Positions 25,640-39,629 are shown, numbered from the whole stretch's first letter. The stretch: 62,084 nucleotides of DNA, filler included, from Choristocarpus tenellus KU-1152 (GCA_964200185.2; 15 parts of 15 records of this genome joined end to end with filler, not necessarily neighbours in it); one strand, 5' to 3'. Numbers and translations: made by a program. The notes: generated by a model not told the origin, from the sequence alone.

Positions 25640-26777
25640 CGTCTACCTTTAGCATTCTTTCAAGCTCACCAGACAACTACCTCTTCCTTACCCCTGTGTG
25701 CTCCACACTGAAGTCATTCCCCCCTTTGTATCAAAGCACTTGATTGTACACCACAAAAAGGAGCTGCCAAGCCATCTCAAGTGTGGTTTCATCATACTAC
25801 TCATACTGTTTCTTAATGACCTTCACCATCTCCTCCATGGACCCAAACTGCTCCCCCATCACCCTGCATTTCAAAGACCTCAAGAAGCACAGGTCCATGA
25901 TATTGAGGTCAGGAGAGTTAGATGACTGGGTCGCAAGCCTAATCGACCCACCCCTCAGTCTTCCCTGCCCCTGACAAGATTTCTGAGTTGCCCTTGCCTG
26001 TGTGGGGGTTGGCACTGTCTTGCTGAACGACAACATACTTCCCCTGCAACCAAGGCATCTTGGTCTTGATTACAGGCAGTAACTCCTCCATGTACCACTT
26101 TTGTACCACAAACGGTCTAAAGTATAGTCCCCTGCTCATACACATCCCCCTTTTTATGGTTCTTACTTGTCCTATCTGCCGTTTTTGGCGCACACACACT
26201 CCAAATACCAAGCTTTCCATCAAAGCTGTGAGCCGAATCTGGGCGGGTGTTGGCTGCAATGATCATGATTTTGGGGATATGACTCTTGTGCTGCACAGTA
26301 GGGGACCCTGGAAGGTCGCTATCATCTGTCGAATAACCTAGTGTTATCCTTACGTTTTTTGTGCTGACACAAGTATACAACATAGGTTATACGTACATTT
26401 ATATTTGGTTAGGTATGATACCGAATACGTACGTATATAAAATATAATAAGTCAACTTTAATCCACACGTCAGTGATGATGGATGGTTGACAGGCAATTA
26501 ATAATTCAGTGTGTGTTTTACCATATAGTTCAACAGTTAACTTCCGGCGACGAGCCTTAGATGCGCCAAGCTTCTCAACATCATCCTCGTGGGGAAATAC
26601 CCTAACCCTTTCCCCATCAGCCATCACGTAAAACCAGGTTTCACCCACATGTATCGTGTTCGCCATGGAGGCGTACACACCACGTTTCCGGTCCACTCGA
26701 TCGCAAACAAAGTCCATTCTCCATACCTTTTGCCACGATTTAAGCTTGGGTTTGATCCACCGGCAATTCGGCATGGC
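25640..26777 (-). mobile_element. Degenerate Tc1/mariner transposase, plant-type DD39D-like
   Basis: IHVGETWFY (first catalytic D mutated), VQHKSHIPKIM..A..RP...FDGKLGIW, VVQQDSANPH and TQSSNSPDLNIMDLCF. Frameshifts, stops and an internal insertion. Confidence 0.88.
26342..26580. mobile_element. Solo-LTR-like 239-bp insertion inside the mariner transposase
   Basis: Bounded by TGTT...AACA and interrupts the frame between VFPHED and DLPGSP. No clear TSD. Confidence 0.5.
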
Positions 26778-28477
26778 NNNNNNNNNNNNNNNNNNNNNNN
26801 NNNNNNNNNNNNNNNNNNNNNTTAATTAATTAANNNNNNNNNNNNNNNNNNNNNNNNNNNNNNNNNNNNNNNNNNNNGTGTAACAACCGTTTGCACTTCG
26901 TTGAAATACAAGAAGAAATACTCGCTCTATTCGCCTGTAACACATGTACGTAGAGCAACGTAATAGGGTGTATTACACAGGGTGAGAGAAAAATGGCCTA
27001 AAATGAAAAAGGCCCAAATATGACTATCTCTCAATTACTGTGACTCATTTGTGTCAAATAATAAAAATGAGATGGGGAATGCAGGGTGATGGCCGAATAA
27101 AGGAAGAGTTGATATATCTCCAAGACTCTTATTTGGAATAATTGATCAATAGTATGATTAATATAGGGCCTCATGTAGTTTGATTAAGAGATTACTTGCT
27201 TGACATACAGACAGGCCGCACTCTATTTCCTAGTCACCAAGTTATGCACATTGCAAAATACGTAACTTTCACACTACGTAACTTTAATGTATCAACACTA
27301 TTAGACGCAAACGACAAATTATTGTTCAGACAACATAGATACATTATAGAGCAAACAGTCACGAGTGTTTTCCTACACTCAGGTATTACGGAACGAGTTG
27401 ACTCTACCGTTTCCCGAAGAACTGACACATTCTAGAAAAAAAATTGGTCAAGCGGTGTCAAGGACAACGGATGTCATGGAGCAAATAGAAGTATGTTGGG
27501 CAGAACAGACCCATAAGATAGAATGGTTTCTTCTCTTAACCCAAGTTTTTTGTGGAAAGTACACTGGTTCCAAAAAACTGTCAAGTTAAGGCTCCTAACT
27601 ACTACCTTGTCTCTATTGCTATTTTATTGTGTGTGACACACCCGACTGAGAGGGTATATTACTACTAGTAGAGCTCATCTGTTGCTCTATACAAAAACTG
27701 AAGGTTTTTTGACACAAAGTGTTTGAGATGGCAGGTGTTTTAACTTGGTGATAGTCTTGTAAATGACCTGTTTACCTGTAATCTACGCTCCTACTATTAA
27801 ACTGTTATTGTCAACAGGGGTACGCGAAACAAGTGTTGCGCCCATCCAAACAACCTCGTCGAAGCCCTACAACAGTAGTAGACAACTATGTAATGTCTAT
27901 TTTAAGTACACACCAGCTGTGTTGCGCGTATGGTACAGTGGCAGCATACTACATATCGGATGTGTTGGTGGAAGGTTCGAACGCCTCTACGCGCCTTATT
28001 TTTTCACCTGGTGTTTAGAGGTTTTGGACGTTCACATTCTTTATGGGGTTAACACACAATTTTCCCTCCACGAATTATGGGCGCTCGAACCCCCCCAGTG
28101 GTAAGATAATATCTCAAGGAAATTTGGTTTCACACATAGTTACATCAATGACCTGCGCTCGAGATCATGGATTCAGGGTCTCTCTCTACGACCTGTGGGC
28201 TATGTAAAAGAGTCTAGGCCGCCTTACTGTTCCTACTGTTTCCTATCACCAGCCTGAATGTACTTTAGATCATGACTTCCAGGTCTCCCTCAAATAAGGA
28301 CAAAATCTTGAAGTTATGGTTGCACTGGCAGTAATACTGTTGTGTGTTCCGTGTGTCCCGAGTTTGTGTAGAGTAGGTTTGCATTAATTTGCATACTCAC
28401 TCTTTCCATCCATCCGTCGATTTCTTGCTATATATTTGTGTTGTCCTGCATTGAAATCACCGCTTTCAGATGCAGAA

Positions 28478-28737
28478 GAGTGAAAGTATCTTAGAGGGTA
28501 CGATTTTTGCCCTGTTTGTCCATTAAAGACTTGGCTTTCCATGTTTTTTGTAATGACATTTTCCTACTCCACAAAATGTTTCGGAGTAGGTAAAATGTGT
28601 ACGTTATGAAAAGGTGTGTCCGGAACAAGGATACTGACACTTTCTAACAAACACGATAGCCAAAATTACATCAAAATCGCAACATTGGATTTTGGCCCCA
28701 AATGAACGCGGCCATACCCTCTAAGATACCTTGACTC
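28478..28737 (+). mobile_element. MITE family A
   Basis: TIRs present; flanks AGAA/AGAG. Confidence 0.88.
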
Positions 28738-28873
28738 AGAGGCAACCAGCAGTTTGACCAGTCACTACTTGGGCACAGACTTGCGCTTTCAGCATCTCCA
28801 GAAGGGTCGATGGCAGCTAAGGTAATTCGAAATGTACTTTGTGTGCTTTGTCTTTCACCCACAGGTAGCCCCC

Positions 28874-29460
28874 CTGTCAAGAAGGTGTGACACAAGTAGG
28901 AAGGAGAAGAGACTGGATACTTGGACTGAGTAACTCGAGAAGGAGACAGGAGAAGGGCAGGATAAGTAAAGGATTTCCAGTCTTCAGAGCACGGACAAGA
29001 GCACACTGGGGATGGTAAAAATGGGGGGGAGATTGATACATACGGATGAGTAGACTACAGTACTCTACCGATTTGGTCACAACAAGGGGAGAGTCTATGA
29101 CAGCACCTTACTACTTCTATGTGAATGTAAAACATGTTTGTTTTATGTCTATATTTGTTTATTTTTCGTTCTGAAACTACGAGAGTGTTCCTACGAAAGC
29201 ATCCAATTTCTATGTAACTTTGGGGCATAACTTTTTTTTTATCCGTTTTTTTTTTATGGGTCTGAATGGGGGAAACTCAATCAAATGACAGCACCCTTTT
29301 CCTATGTTATCGTGATTTTGTGTCGTATATGTTTGTGCTCATGGTTGTGAAATAGGGAGAGTATTCTATGGCAGTACCCACTTCTTTGTGATTATGAGAT
29401 ACACTATTTTTGTTTCTGTATCTATCTGTGTTCATAGTTCTGAAAGGGAGAGGTGTTACA
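28874..29460 (+). repeat. Dispersed repeat homologous to 7222-7640
   Basis: Same shared blocks as the 7222 copy, followed by TCTATG(A/G)CAGYACC subrepeats. Confidence 0.6.
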
Positions 29461-29937
29461 GGCGCCCCCGAAAGCTTACCTCCACAGGATGTATAGCTCC
29501 AATCTACGGACTTATAGATTATACTGATGTACNNNNNNNNNNNNNNNNNNNNNNNNNNNNNNNNNNNNNNNNNNNNTTAATTAATTAANNNNNNNNNNNN
29601 NNNNNNNNNNNNNNNNNNNNNNNNNNNNNNNNTTCCTCTGGTTGTGTTTTTAAAGGGCTGGGGGGGGGGGGGGGGGGGGACAGGAGGGGGTGTAAGTGTC
29701 GGGTCTAACCCTAAGATGGTGTAACTGTCGATGCAAAAAAAAAATGTATTGGAACTTTGAGATTAATAGTAACCCTAACCCTTTGAGATTAATATCAACC
29801 CTAACCCTGATATTAACCTCAAGATAAGATAATGTAATATCTCCAGCTAAGGTTAGGGTAAGCAACTAGGGTTAGGGTTAGTTAATACACACCAAGAGGA
29901 CATCCTAGGTAGACAGGTAGATGACACAATTCATTGT

Positions 29938-30182
29938 GAGTGAAAGTATGTTAGAGGATACGATTCTTTCCCTATTTGTCTTGTCTTGTCTTGTTTGGGG
30001 CTTGCCTTCCTACAGTTTTTATTGTGAAATTTGCCTACAGTGGATGATATGAAAAGTTGTGTCCAGAACAAGGGATATTGACACTTCCTAACAAACACGA
30101 TAGCCAAAATTACATCAAAATCACAACATTTGATTTTGGTCCCTGAATGGAGACGGCTCTACCCTCTAAGATAATTTCGCTC
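29938..30182 (+). mobile_element. MITE family A, diverged
   Basis: Recognisable TIRs and internal sequence; TSD eroded. Confidence 0.82.
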
Positions 30183-30376
30183 CTATGAATGTAAATAATA
30201 CTATAATTTCTGTTAGAAATATCATATGTGGCAGGATCCAGCAATTATTATTGTTAGTTATATTAATCCTGTGCAGCAGGTGATATTTGACATTTGATAA
30301 TTGGAGAGGTTGCAGTAATAGTAGTTCATATGCTAATACAACAAGGAAAATAGCACAAGTGATGGAAACAATGTAA

Positions 30377-30480
30377 AACCCTAACCCTAGCCCTAGCCCT
30401 AACCCTATCACTGAACAGACGCTAATAAAAACGTCCTCAATCTAACCCTAACCCTAACCCTAACGTAACCCTAACACTAA
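30377..30480. repeat. Interstitial telomere-like (CCCTAA)n tract, representative
   Basis: Similar tracts at ~1627-1657, 2407-2432, 2587-2608, 20400-20456, 31146-31380 and 32774-32792. Confidence 0.85.
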
Positions 30481-30862
30481 ACACACCTCACAGGTCACAT
30501 GCCATGTACTGCACGACTTGAAATGAGATTATTTAATAAATATCAAGATAATTTGAACTAATACAGTACCATATATACACAGTGCGATTGGTTGTACCCA
30601 AACTAAACAGAACTGGAATAGGGATAGGGTTAGGGCTGGTGGTTTGAAATTAAAAAAATAAAACAAACCAAAGCTACGCATTAGCAATGAACAGATACAA
30701 AAGCAACAACTAGAGCACATACAACATACCACTTGATAACAAAAAAAAACACCAGTTCACAACAGTTCAGACAACACAGTACACAGGTCATACACAACAC
30801 AAAAAACACAGCGCCAACAACACAGCACACGTAACACAGTTCACACACAACACTCAACACAC

Positions 30863-31129
30863 CTGGAGGTACAGGAGTGTAGTAAGCCCATCCTCATTCT
30901 TTCTCTCCAGGTCATCCCTACCATACACCACATCCTCATTGTAGAAGGGAGTCATGCAGGTCCAACTCATCATCTCGCCCACGGGGGGGGCACGGGGCAT
31001 ATCCATAAACAGGGAGTTCACAAAGAAGGCCAGGCGTCTACGTGCTTCAACCGATTGGGGCTCAGCGGCATTTCTGTCAATACAGAGGAGTCCGTGCATC
31101 TTCTCAATGATAGATAGGGTCTTCTTGTC
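30863..31129 (-). CDS. GSL/FKS1: 1,3-beta-glucan (callose) synthase, GT48, internal exon
   Basis: 267-nt ag|...|gt exon: EPQSVEARRRLAFFVNSLFMDMPRAPPVGEMMSWTCMTPFYNEDVVY..NEDGLTTLLYLQ, the hallmark FKS1/GSL motif. Confidence 0.95.
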
Positions 31130-32471
31130 CTGAGAGTGTCAGAGATTAGGGTTAGGGTTAGGGCTAGGGCCAAAGATATGGTGATGGAGTGTCAGGCAAG
31201 GGTCAGGATTGCATAAGTTGGAATGGTTAGGGTTAGGTTTAGATATGATAAATGGTTAGGGTTAGGGTTAGATCTGATAAATGGTTGTCCAAGGTCGAGA
31301 GTTGGGAATTGAGCTCAAAATACTGGCCATACTGTCCCTCCAGTAACCCTAACTCTGGCCCTAACCCTAACCCTAACCTCTGTTGACACTACAAAGAAAC
31401 AGTATTTGTGATGGTAATGGACATCATCCCCCTTTGTCACTATCATATTATATACCCCCATTCCAAACCCCCCATCCTGCTAGGATTAGGGTTGGTACAT
31501 CATAGTTCTCACATCAAAGTTCTCATACCATCAATAGTACAAAATAGCCCAAAGGCAGTGTACTAAAACCGGCTCTTTATTTGGTGCAGTGTGGACGTAA
31601 TGGTTGGTCAAACCAAACTAAACCAATATCCATGGTATACTCCTACACCAGTGACACCGACCCAGTTCCAAAAAAATGGTAATTTTAATATTAATATTAA
31701 TCACTCAGAGCAAGAGTACTAACTATTTAGTGTATTAACTATTTAGTATTTCCTTCACAAAGTGTATTTATCATTCATCACTCACAAAAAAACAAGGTAT
31801 GATTTACACAGCCATAGAATGATGTCTAGAATAATGACGAGAGCGATTGCTACCCTCTCTCTAGAAAGTATAAAAAACATAACAAAAAAACAAAAACATA
31901 ACAAAGTCAGGCTATATCCAAGGCAATCGGATAGGGGCAAACATAAACAAAAATTTATCAACAACCATCTCCCAGTTTGTTGCAGAGATAAGCCTAGGTT
32001 TACAATTGAGTTTGTCTGTGGGAGGTACTAATTCCCCTTCCCACCCCTACCCCCCTCCCTTCCAAAGAAATGCTCTGTAAAAATATTAAAAAGTATGAAA
32101 ATTCTTATAACCAAACTTTACCCTCCCCCTCTCNNNNNNNNNNNNNNNNNNNNNNNNNNNNNNNNNNNNNNNNNNNNTTAATTAATTAANNNNNNNNNNN
32201 NNNNNNNNNNNNNNNNNNNNNNNNNNNNNNNNNCAGTAAGCAGGGTCTGAGTTTTTATAGCATCGAACGGAACCGTTTCATCGAAGTAAAAAAAAAAAGA
32301 GTTGATACTCTACCACTACTTCTACACGCCACTTCTGCCCCAAAATAAAAAAATGACTCTAACTAAGAATGACATATTGATCATCGGTTAGGATCTGGAC
32401 TATACTGCATGGGGCGACCTCAAGTGGGACACATACGTCTAACCTCCTGTTACGGAGAGTTGTCCCCTCAC

Positions 32472-34864
32472 CTTCTCCGTCAGCCCCGCCACAACGACTT
32501 TTCCACGGCTGGGATCCTCATTGATCTTGAGGGGTCTGTCAGAGGGGCTCAACAAATCCAGGATCTGCTCATTATACACCTGACCTCAAGAAGCGACCCG
32601 CGAATTTTATTTTTTTATTGTTCTCCTCAAAATGAAAAAAAAAAACAGTTTCGAACAAAAAGGGTTGGATGCCACTTTCATTTGAGCCACTCGTCATAGT
32701 ATGCAAGAAATGGGGTGTGGTGGGAACAAAGGGGATCTATTCTGTGTGGGTTAGTGCTAGTGGGTTAGTGCGAGGTTAGGGTTAGGGTTAGGCTACTCAC
32801 ATTGAAGTTACTCGCTTGCCTCAGGATAGGCACTGAAAAAACACTGGATCATACAGGTTCATGTTCATACCACCCATGCCACTGTCCTCTTAATACCCAC
32901 CCTTGCTATGACCAAGCAACCCAAACATGCACCATGTGGTAGCAGTTGGTGCTAGATAAGATTGGTGCGGCCATGGTCAAAAATGGAAGAACTTGGCCAG
33001 TCCATTGAGTACAACACAAGCATGGGCGTTCCATGCCTTGCACTCTCTCCTGATAGGAAACCTTGAGAGTAGCAAGCGCCACTAAATACAGCTGCAGTAT
33101 AACGTTGGCAGACATAGGGGCAGTGACAACAGGATGGAACCGAACAAACACCTAACAGCTGATATCATCCTTGGTCCTCGTCCCCAGGAAATCCCGGTGA
33201 ACAAACTTTCTCTGGTCTAAGAGGAATACTTGAAACATTCTTTCCAAAATTAGCAGAGCCTCATTTTCTAGTTAGTATACCCACTAGCCTTGATGCCCCA
33301 AGCTCTCATCACCACTTACCTCAAGATACCCAACCCGGACGCTCCATTCCACATCCCCTCCATGGAAATTCATGCCACCCCCCACCACACCAGCCTCCCT
33401 CTGCCGTATCTCACGGAACACGTCTACCAGAGACTGAGGAACAATCCCAGTCACCTCAGTGCTTTCATCCAAGGAGGCGCCAAAGACCCTTTCTGATCCC
33501 ATCATAGTGTGTGTCTTACCCGCTCCTAGGATGTTGGGATATCGGTTGGGTTGACGTGTTGGTTGTGTTGTCATGGGTAAAGAGCAGTAATGGAGTGGGG
33601 TTGTACTGGTTTGTTCCAAGAGTCAATTTAATAATTATTACTAAATTCTTGACTCGAAGAAGGGAGTACGTCAATAGTGAGACAGCATGCATCAGCACTG
33701 CATAGCACAAGGAAGGAGGGATACCTGTGGAAACCTTTCAGAGACAACTGTATTGGAGGATAGTCTGTTCGTCCATTTATTGTCGTAGGCATGCCCTTCC
33801 CCTGTCCATCTCACCCAAGCGAATGACGACAGTGTCGTTCTGTGTAGCACACGCCTTGTTATTCTGGTTCTATGGGTCCATTGTCAAACAAGAAATCATA
33901 CTCTCGTAGTTTCTTACAAGCTCTGAGTCGTGTTGCTTACGTTGCATCCGAGATTAGGCAATGAGCGTACGTAGTGGAGTTGTTGATCGTTCTGGCTTAT
34001 GGACGATATGCAATCAAACCCTAAACAATTGTAACACCTTCAACCTGAGATGTTCACCTGTCGCTCCATACGCGAACACTGTAACGTTGATGCCGTTGAG
34101 CAAATCAGTGATGAATGGCTTTGCTGTCTTCTCGTACACGGTAGACTGGCTAGTTTCTGGCGGGAAAACATGGTCGAAGGTGTACTCATTTACGGAGCCC
34201 TTGATCAGTTACGGAAGAGAAATTGGGCGAAACTCTGTTAATTCGTGGAAGGATGGGATGGTAGCGGTACTCGATTAAATTTGGGTAGAGAGGTCAGGTG
34301 TGTCATAGATACACTGATGAAATTAGACTACCGAACAAAAACATGTACCATGCGTGTTTGTCCCCAGACGTTGACAGTTATGCATGCTCTGGACCGCCCC
34401 CGCCTCCCTTCCTCATTCCACACTTCTTGTCTAGCGTCCACTACCTCTGCGGGGGTAAGATTATACCAGGAGTTGAAAAAAACACTTAAGCGGGAAAGTA
34501 GTCGCGCTGAGGTCCCATATTTGTTAAGCTCCTGTCAACCGGAAGGGAAATATACCTGTTGACTTCGCAGATATGCACCCGTTGCAGCTCGCTTTGAAAT
34601 AGCCATTGTGGTGCTATTGAGTACGTCGCAACATGACCGCTTCCCTTGGGAGACCTCGGTGGCTGAGAGTGGCCGTACTCGTACAGCAACCAGTATGCGA
34701 TCGATGCCACGTTCTGTGCATTCCAGCTCATCTTCAGGGACCATGTTCAGGCTGAAGTTAACGCTGGCCTCGGTCTGATCAAGAGTTTCACGCAAGGCAT
34801 GGATTCTCATGCCTCCAATCGTCCTACGCTTCTTGCGTGCCACTCCTCCACTTGTCATGGCCAT
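32472..34864 (-). CDS. Kinesin motor protein, kinesin-8 (KIF18/KIF19-like), 5' four exons
   Basis: Exons 34864-34556, 34199-34058, 33525-33320 and 32579-32472 join in frame: ILVAVRVRPL..YTFDHVF..NVTVFAYGATGAGKTHTMMG..GIVP..YLEVYNEQILDLL. The GATGAGKTHTM P-loop is typical of kinesin-8. Confidence 0.93.
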
Positions 34865-35254
34865 GCTGTGGGGACGAGGAAGGCAACGGGTCCTACTACG
34901 ACCACTCTCAGACGAAGTTCGTCGTTTAAAAGTCTACAATTGGCGCCAAGGGGCGAGCAGGAGTATGAGCCTTTCAAATTTCTTTCTGGGGGACCTCGTG
35001 CCCTTGACAGTGGCTCTATGGGAAGGGGTCCTTAGGTTTAAGCGCGAGGTATGCCTTGTGTGATGTCTGATCCCTTATATGGATTCGAGTTCGAGTTTAG
35101 TTATGTTGTGCATAGTACATAACTCAATAAATCCAAACGACAAAATCTGTGATCGCCACAGAGCGCCATGTGGCAGATGACTTTCATTTGAAACTTTACC
35201 TTTGAACTATAATCGTAGGTTTAGCCAAAAGCGATGTTGGGTTAGGGTGTGGTT

Positions 35255-36320
35255 ATGCACAGTTTCCGATGCCTGGTGATTGCATCACTTCTCTTGGGAA
35301 CAAGGGCAGGGCTATGGCGCCCCCAACTCCCGTCCTGGCTACCGTCTTCGAGCCCATCAATAGATGATGAGTTGGCCAGGTTCGAGGCTATGCAGGTGAC
35401 AAGACATGGAATAGACTTACTCACCCTGCCTTCCCACCTTCGGTTTTGTGTTTGAATAAATTTTCTTTGATTGAGACATCGTTATCAAAACTGAAGCTTG
35501 TGCAGAGTGATCTGGAAGATCGACGTGAATTTTGTGTCGATGTGGTGACAACTTGAACATCACCGTTGTGTCTCGCGTGTGACACCCCAAAGATGTCCAT
35601 AGACTCGGAGCTGATTGGATTGGACGAGATGTGCTGTGAGGCTGGAGAATCAAAGAGAATGGAGATCACTAAAGCTGTCTCCCGTGTGTGTTCTGCTGGA
35701 ATCCAAAGTACCCTCGTCGTCGGTGGAGCCGTCCTGGCCTTCAGGTGGGTTTCAAATTATGAGTTGGAACGAGCTACCAGATAGGATGGGCACATCAAAG
35801 GGCAGGTTGGTCCTCATATTTGTACTATTAGCAACTATTTGATTTCTGCATTGGACGTTTACGGTTGCCAAAGCCCATGATGTTTGTGGCTGAAGTCTAG
35901 ATCAGGACCATATTTCACCCCAAATACCAACCCTTTGCAAGAACTCCTGCATATCGCTCAGTAGAATATGCAGTTCCGTGACTTGGTACAAAATGTGCTC
36001 AATCGTCCAACTTGCGCCTGTTCTCTAGGCTCATCCCCGTTCTGTTCGGGAACCCGAAAGATCTAGAGTTAGATGGCGAGTCAACCACGGAGTTCCTGAT
36101 CGAAGGATCCTGTGGTGAGAACCACCCTGTCTTACCAGAGCCACGGAAAAGGAACCTTATCACCCAGGGGGAGTCAATGGAAGAGGAAAAAATGGAAGAC
36201 AAGGTTGAGAATGAGATAGATAACGGAGAGGGGGAGGGGAAGGAAGGGCGACTGGTGTCTGTGTGCGAGGATGTTGAAGAAGAGGAAGACGGTGGTGCTG
36301 TTGTCGTTATCACTAGGCAG
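35255..36320 (+). CDS. Hypothetical protein with signal-peptide-like N-terminus and a hydrophobic segment, partial
   Basis: Exon 35255-35395 (MHSFRCLVIASLLLGTRAGLW..|gt), internal exons at ~35506-35744 ending AVLAFR, and phase-compatible acidic exon 36029-36320 (|gtgag). Confidence 0.55.
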
Positions 36321-39265
36321 GTGAGTCTTTGCAGCTTGAAATCATGAGGAAATAGGTGGATTGGGAACAGGGTCGATGTGACATAACAGATGTCAGATAG
36401 CTTGATGCTGTAAGTTGAATCCTGCAATCTTCATGCACTCCCCCCCCCCCCCCCCATTTTTTTTTTGAAATTGGAAGAGCGCCCTGGAGGGAAAAAGTGT
36501 GATTTTTGGGGGGGCCCGCTTCTTTAAAAAAAANNNNNNNNNNAAATAAATGATGTTAGATAGGTTGGTGCTTTTATTTGAATCCTGTCATCTTCCTGCA
36601 CTCCCCCCCCCCCCCCAGATATTGTTCTAGGGCTTAAGCTGATGTTTTCCCTCTTCCCTTTTGTCTGTTCTGTCACCATGAATTGGGTAGGGTTGCCCCG
36701 TGGGGTCCTGTGTATTGAATTCATGAATTGATCACATGATGTGCTACGGAAGAGTCAAGACATTTTTCTTGGCGTTGTTTTGCTTTCATCTCAAGGTACC
36801 GAGGTCATTGAATCAGCACCCAACAAAACCCCCCTCGATAACTTTTTTGATGATATTTGCTCACGGACAAGTTCTGGCAAAATCTATGTTAAATGGTACA
36901 CTCCATCTGCCAGCCAATCGGTGTAGCCGTGACCTGTGGTGGACCAACAGTGCTTGGTTCTCCCTTCATCTTTGCTTTTCACACACCAAAACCTGTGTTT
37001 AGAAAGTGTGCTTCATGTATTTCACATTTCCTCGCTTGGCATGTATTATTATTGGCATGTTGTCCATAGTTGCAAATCACATTTGATTTGCATTATTATC
37101 GGTGTATTCCTGGTGAAGTGTCCCTGCCCATCCTCCTTCCCTCCCACCCACCTATGCATGTACATCATTTGTGGCTTTGTCCTACCTATCGCATCTTTGC
37201 TTTAGCCTGGGAGCTATCCCAACCTTTTGAAAGCGGGATCATACACGGCACTCTTACTCACACTAAATGCTGTAACTGTAAGTAACTGTTGCACTTTGAC
37301 TGTAACTAGTTGTACTTCTCATGAGTTGGGGGTTCATCCCCTGTCCCCCCCCCAAGCCTACACAGTGACAAGCTCACCAACAAGGTCGATGGTTTGGGGA
37401 AATAATAATAATACTTAAATGCAATTATTATCATTTACTGTAGATCTCTTTTCCTGAATACAAGAAATTATTAATTAATATATATATATATATATTTGAG
37501 TGTTCCCAGCCCCTTGGTTCGTAAAAGTATTTCAAAGAAGGCAATGTACACTGCTTGGGAAAAGGCGAAAAGGATCACAAAAGAAAAACAAAGCAGTGGG
37601 AGAATAGAGCCAGCAGGAGGAAAACACCATCACCAAAAAAAAAAAATGGATAAAGAAAATGAACAGAGGATGCGAGAGGATAAATAAGCCCACAAAGAAA
37701 TTTCCACTTTCGCAGGCAGTGGTGTTGTCGATGTCAATGCTTTGAGCTACCTTAGCTTAGCTGCTCCTTTGGTGTAAAGTACACAATGTCTATCACAGCT
37801 TCCTTGGAATAGCCATTTGGCCATGAGTATCGTGTGCCATTGTCCACCCACTCGTACCCTTCCTTTTGGCTAGTAAACCAACTTCGATCCCAGACTTGTC
37901 AAGGGTTGTCTATGAGGCATGTCCACCAGAAGTCCACCCGATGTTGACCAGATGTCCACCGTTCACCTAGCTTTGCTTCTATTCGCCACTCGCAAGCAAA
38001 AAACCCCCAACAATTTGGGAAGTTTTTTCCCCCCCCTCCCCCCCCCCCCCCCCCCAAAATCGAGCGTAGGCGCACTCTGCTCTCTAACTGGGCGCNNNNN
38101 NNNNNNNNNNNNNNNNNNNNNNNNNNNNNNNNNNNNNNNTTAATTAATTAANNNNNNNNNNNNNNNNNNNNNNNNNNNNNNNNNNNNNNNNNNNNGACCC
38201 CAAATGGACAGCCGCCACCCCCTCCCAGATACTTTGAGCCTGTTCCCCTAGATAATGTTGCACAAGGTCTGTAAATAGGCCTGCCCTGGACCTCACAAGC
38301 TTTCAGGACACAACAAAGGTGTATCAGATCACCGGCCACAGCCCAAACGAGTTAGACATGGGAACGCAGATGCAGGGGGTAGAAAGGAGCTGCTAAGGAA
38401 TGACCGCGCAGTGGGAGGTTGGTGAATACGTCGCCCATGTGATGTATTAGTAGAGTCCAGTCTGATATGAGTGAGATAAAGCTTCGGGATGCAGAAGTTG
38501 AACCTGGAGGATGTGGGACTGCAAGACAAGATCTGAATGTCGGGGAAAGAGAGGGCCAACGAGACCGTCAGAGATGGCAAGAAGATTGAGGTCTGAGCGA
38601 CGATCATGTCTAGTCAGGTACAACTTTATCTCCCCTGCCTCGTCTAGGCTTCAACATATCTTACCGAGAGCAGGAGCACAATAGCTGTGTGAATGAACAG
38701 ACCAACAACGGAATTGTGGAAGCCCTAAAGAAAAGTTATACAACGTGTAATTTCTACTTTGCACATAGAAATGTGAACAGAGACACAGGGTTGATGAAGC
38801 GATAGTATCCCTGCTGCTGGACAACCTAATGCTTACTTTACAGGTAGGGAAGAGAAGCTGGACAACCAAGGGGATGCAGAACCTCCCCAAGCTGTTAGCC
38901 TCGAATGAGCACAATATGCTTAGGGAGTTGTGTGATGTACGATCAGAGAGATTGCAATTTTTGTGCATCACAAAGAAGTTGCCAACATCATCATTGATAT
39001 AGTATGGCAACCTCTCTTCGAAAAGAGCAGACAAAATAGTCTTAATGTACGAAAATATTCTTACAAACCGTCCAACCGTCCATTCATATTGATTTAGTAT
39101 TGTGACACAGGCATCTTCACTTCTTAGTGATGTGCCGAAACATCGATTTACATCTAAAAAGTTCATTCGATTCCTTGTCATCAAACTACCCCAAACCACT
39201 TTTGGTAGACCCTAGGAGTATAACAGTTACCCATACCTGGAATGCGGACGGTTATTTTCGAAAGT

Positions 39266-39520
39266 GAATCAAATTATCTTAGAGGGCAGAACCGCGTCCG
39301 TTTGGGGCCCAAAATCAAATGTTGTCATTTTGATGAAATTTTGGCTATCATGTATGGTAGGAAGTTTCAATATTCTTTGTTCCAGACACACTTTTTCATA
39401 ACGTATACATTTTACCTACTCCTAAAATCCCGCGGAGTAGGAAAATTCATTAAAAAAAAACGTAGGAAGCCAAACGGACCAAACAGGGAAAAACTCGTAC
39501 CCTCTAAGAAACTTCCACTC
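39266..39520 (-). mobile_element. MITE family A, reverse orientation
   Basis: TIRs present; perfect TSD AAGT. Confidence 0.9.
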
Positions 39521-39629
39521 AAGTTCCTGTATGTAGCTGGGTGTACAATTTGTGCTATCTACTAAAAAACTCCTCGAAAAACCAGCACGTACTGTTACAA
39601 CGCGGAAGTCTCGGTAGGACCTCCATGTT

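Noticed and set aside
26878-28470. Possible LTR/gag remnant
   Set aside because: TG..CA-like ends are present, but no supporting protein motif or second copy is in the window.
38651-39199. 182-aa minus-strand ORF, with a possible plus-strand exon at ~38844
   Set aside because: Strand and frame are ambiguous and no family is recognisable.
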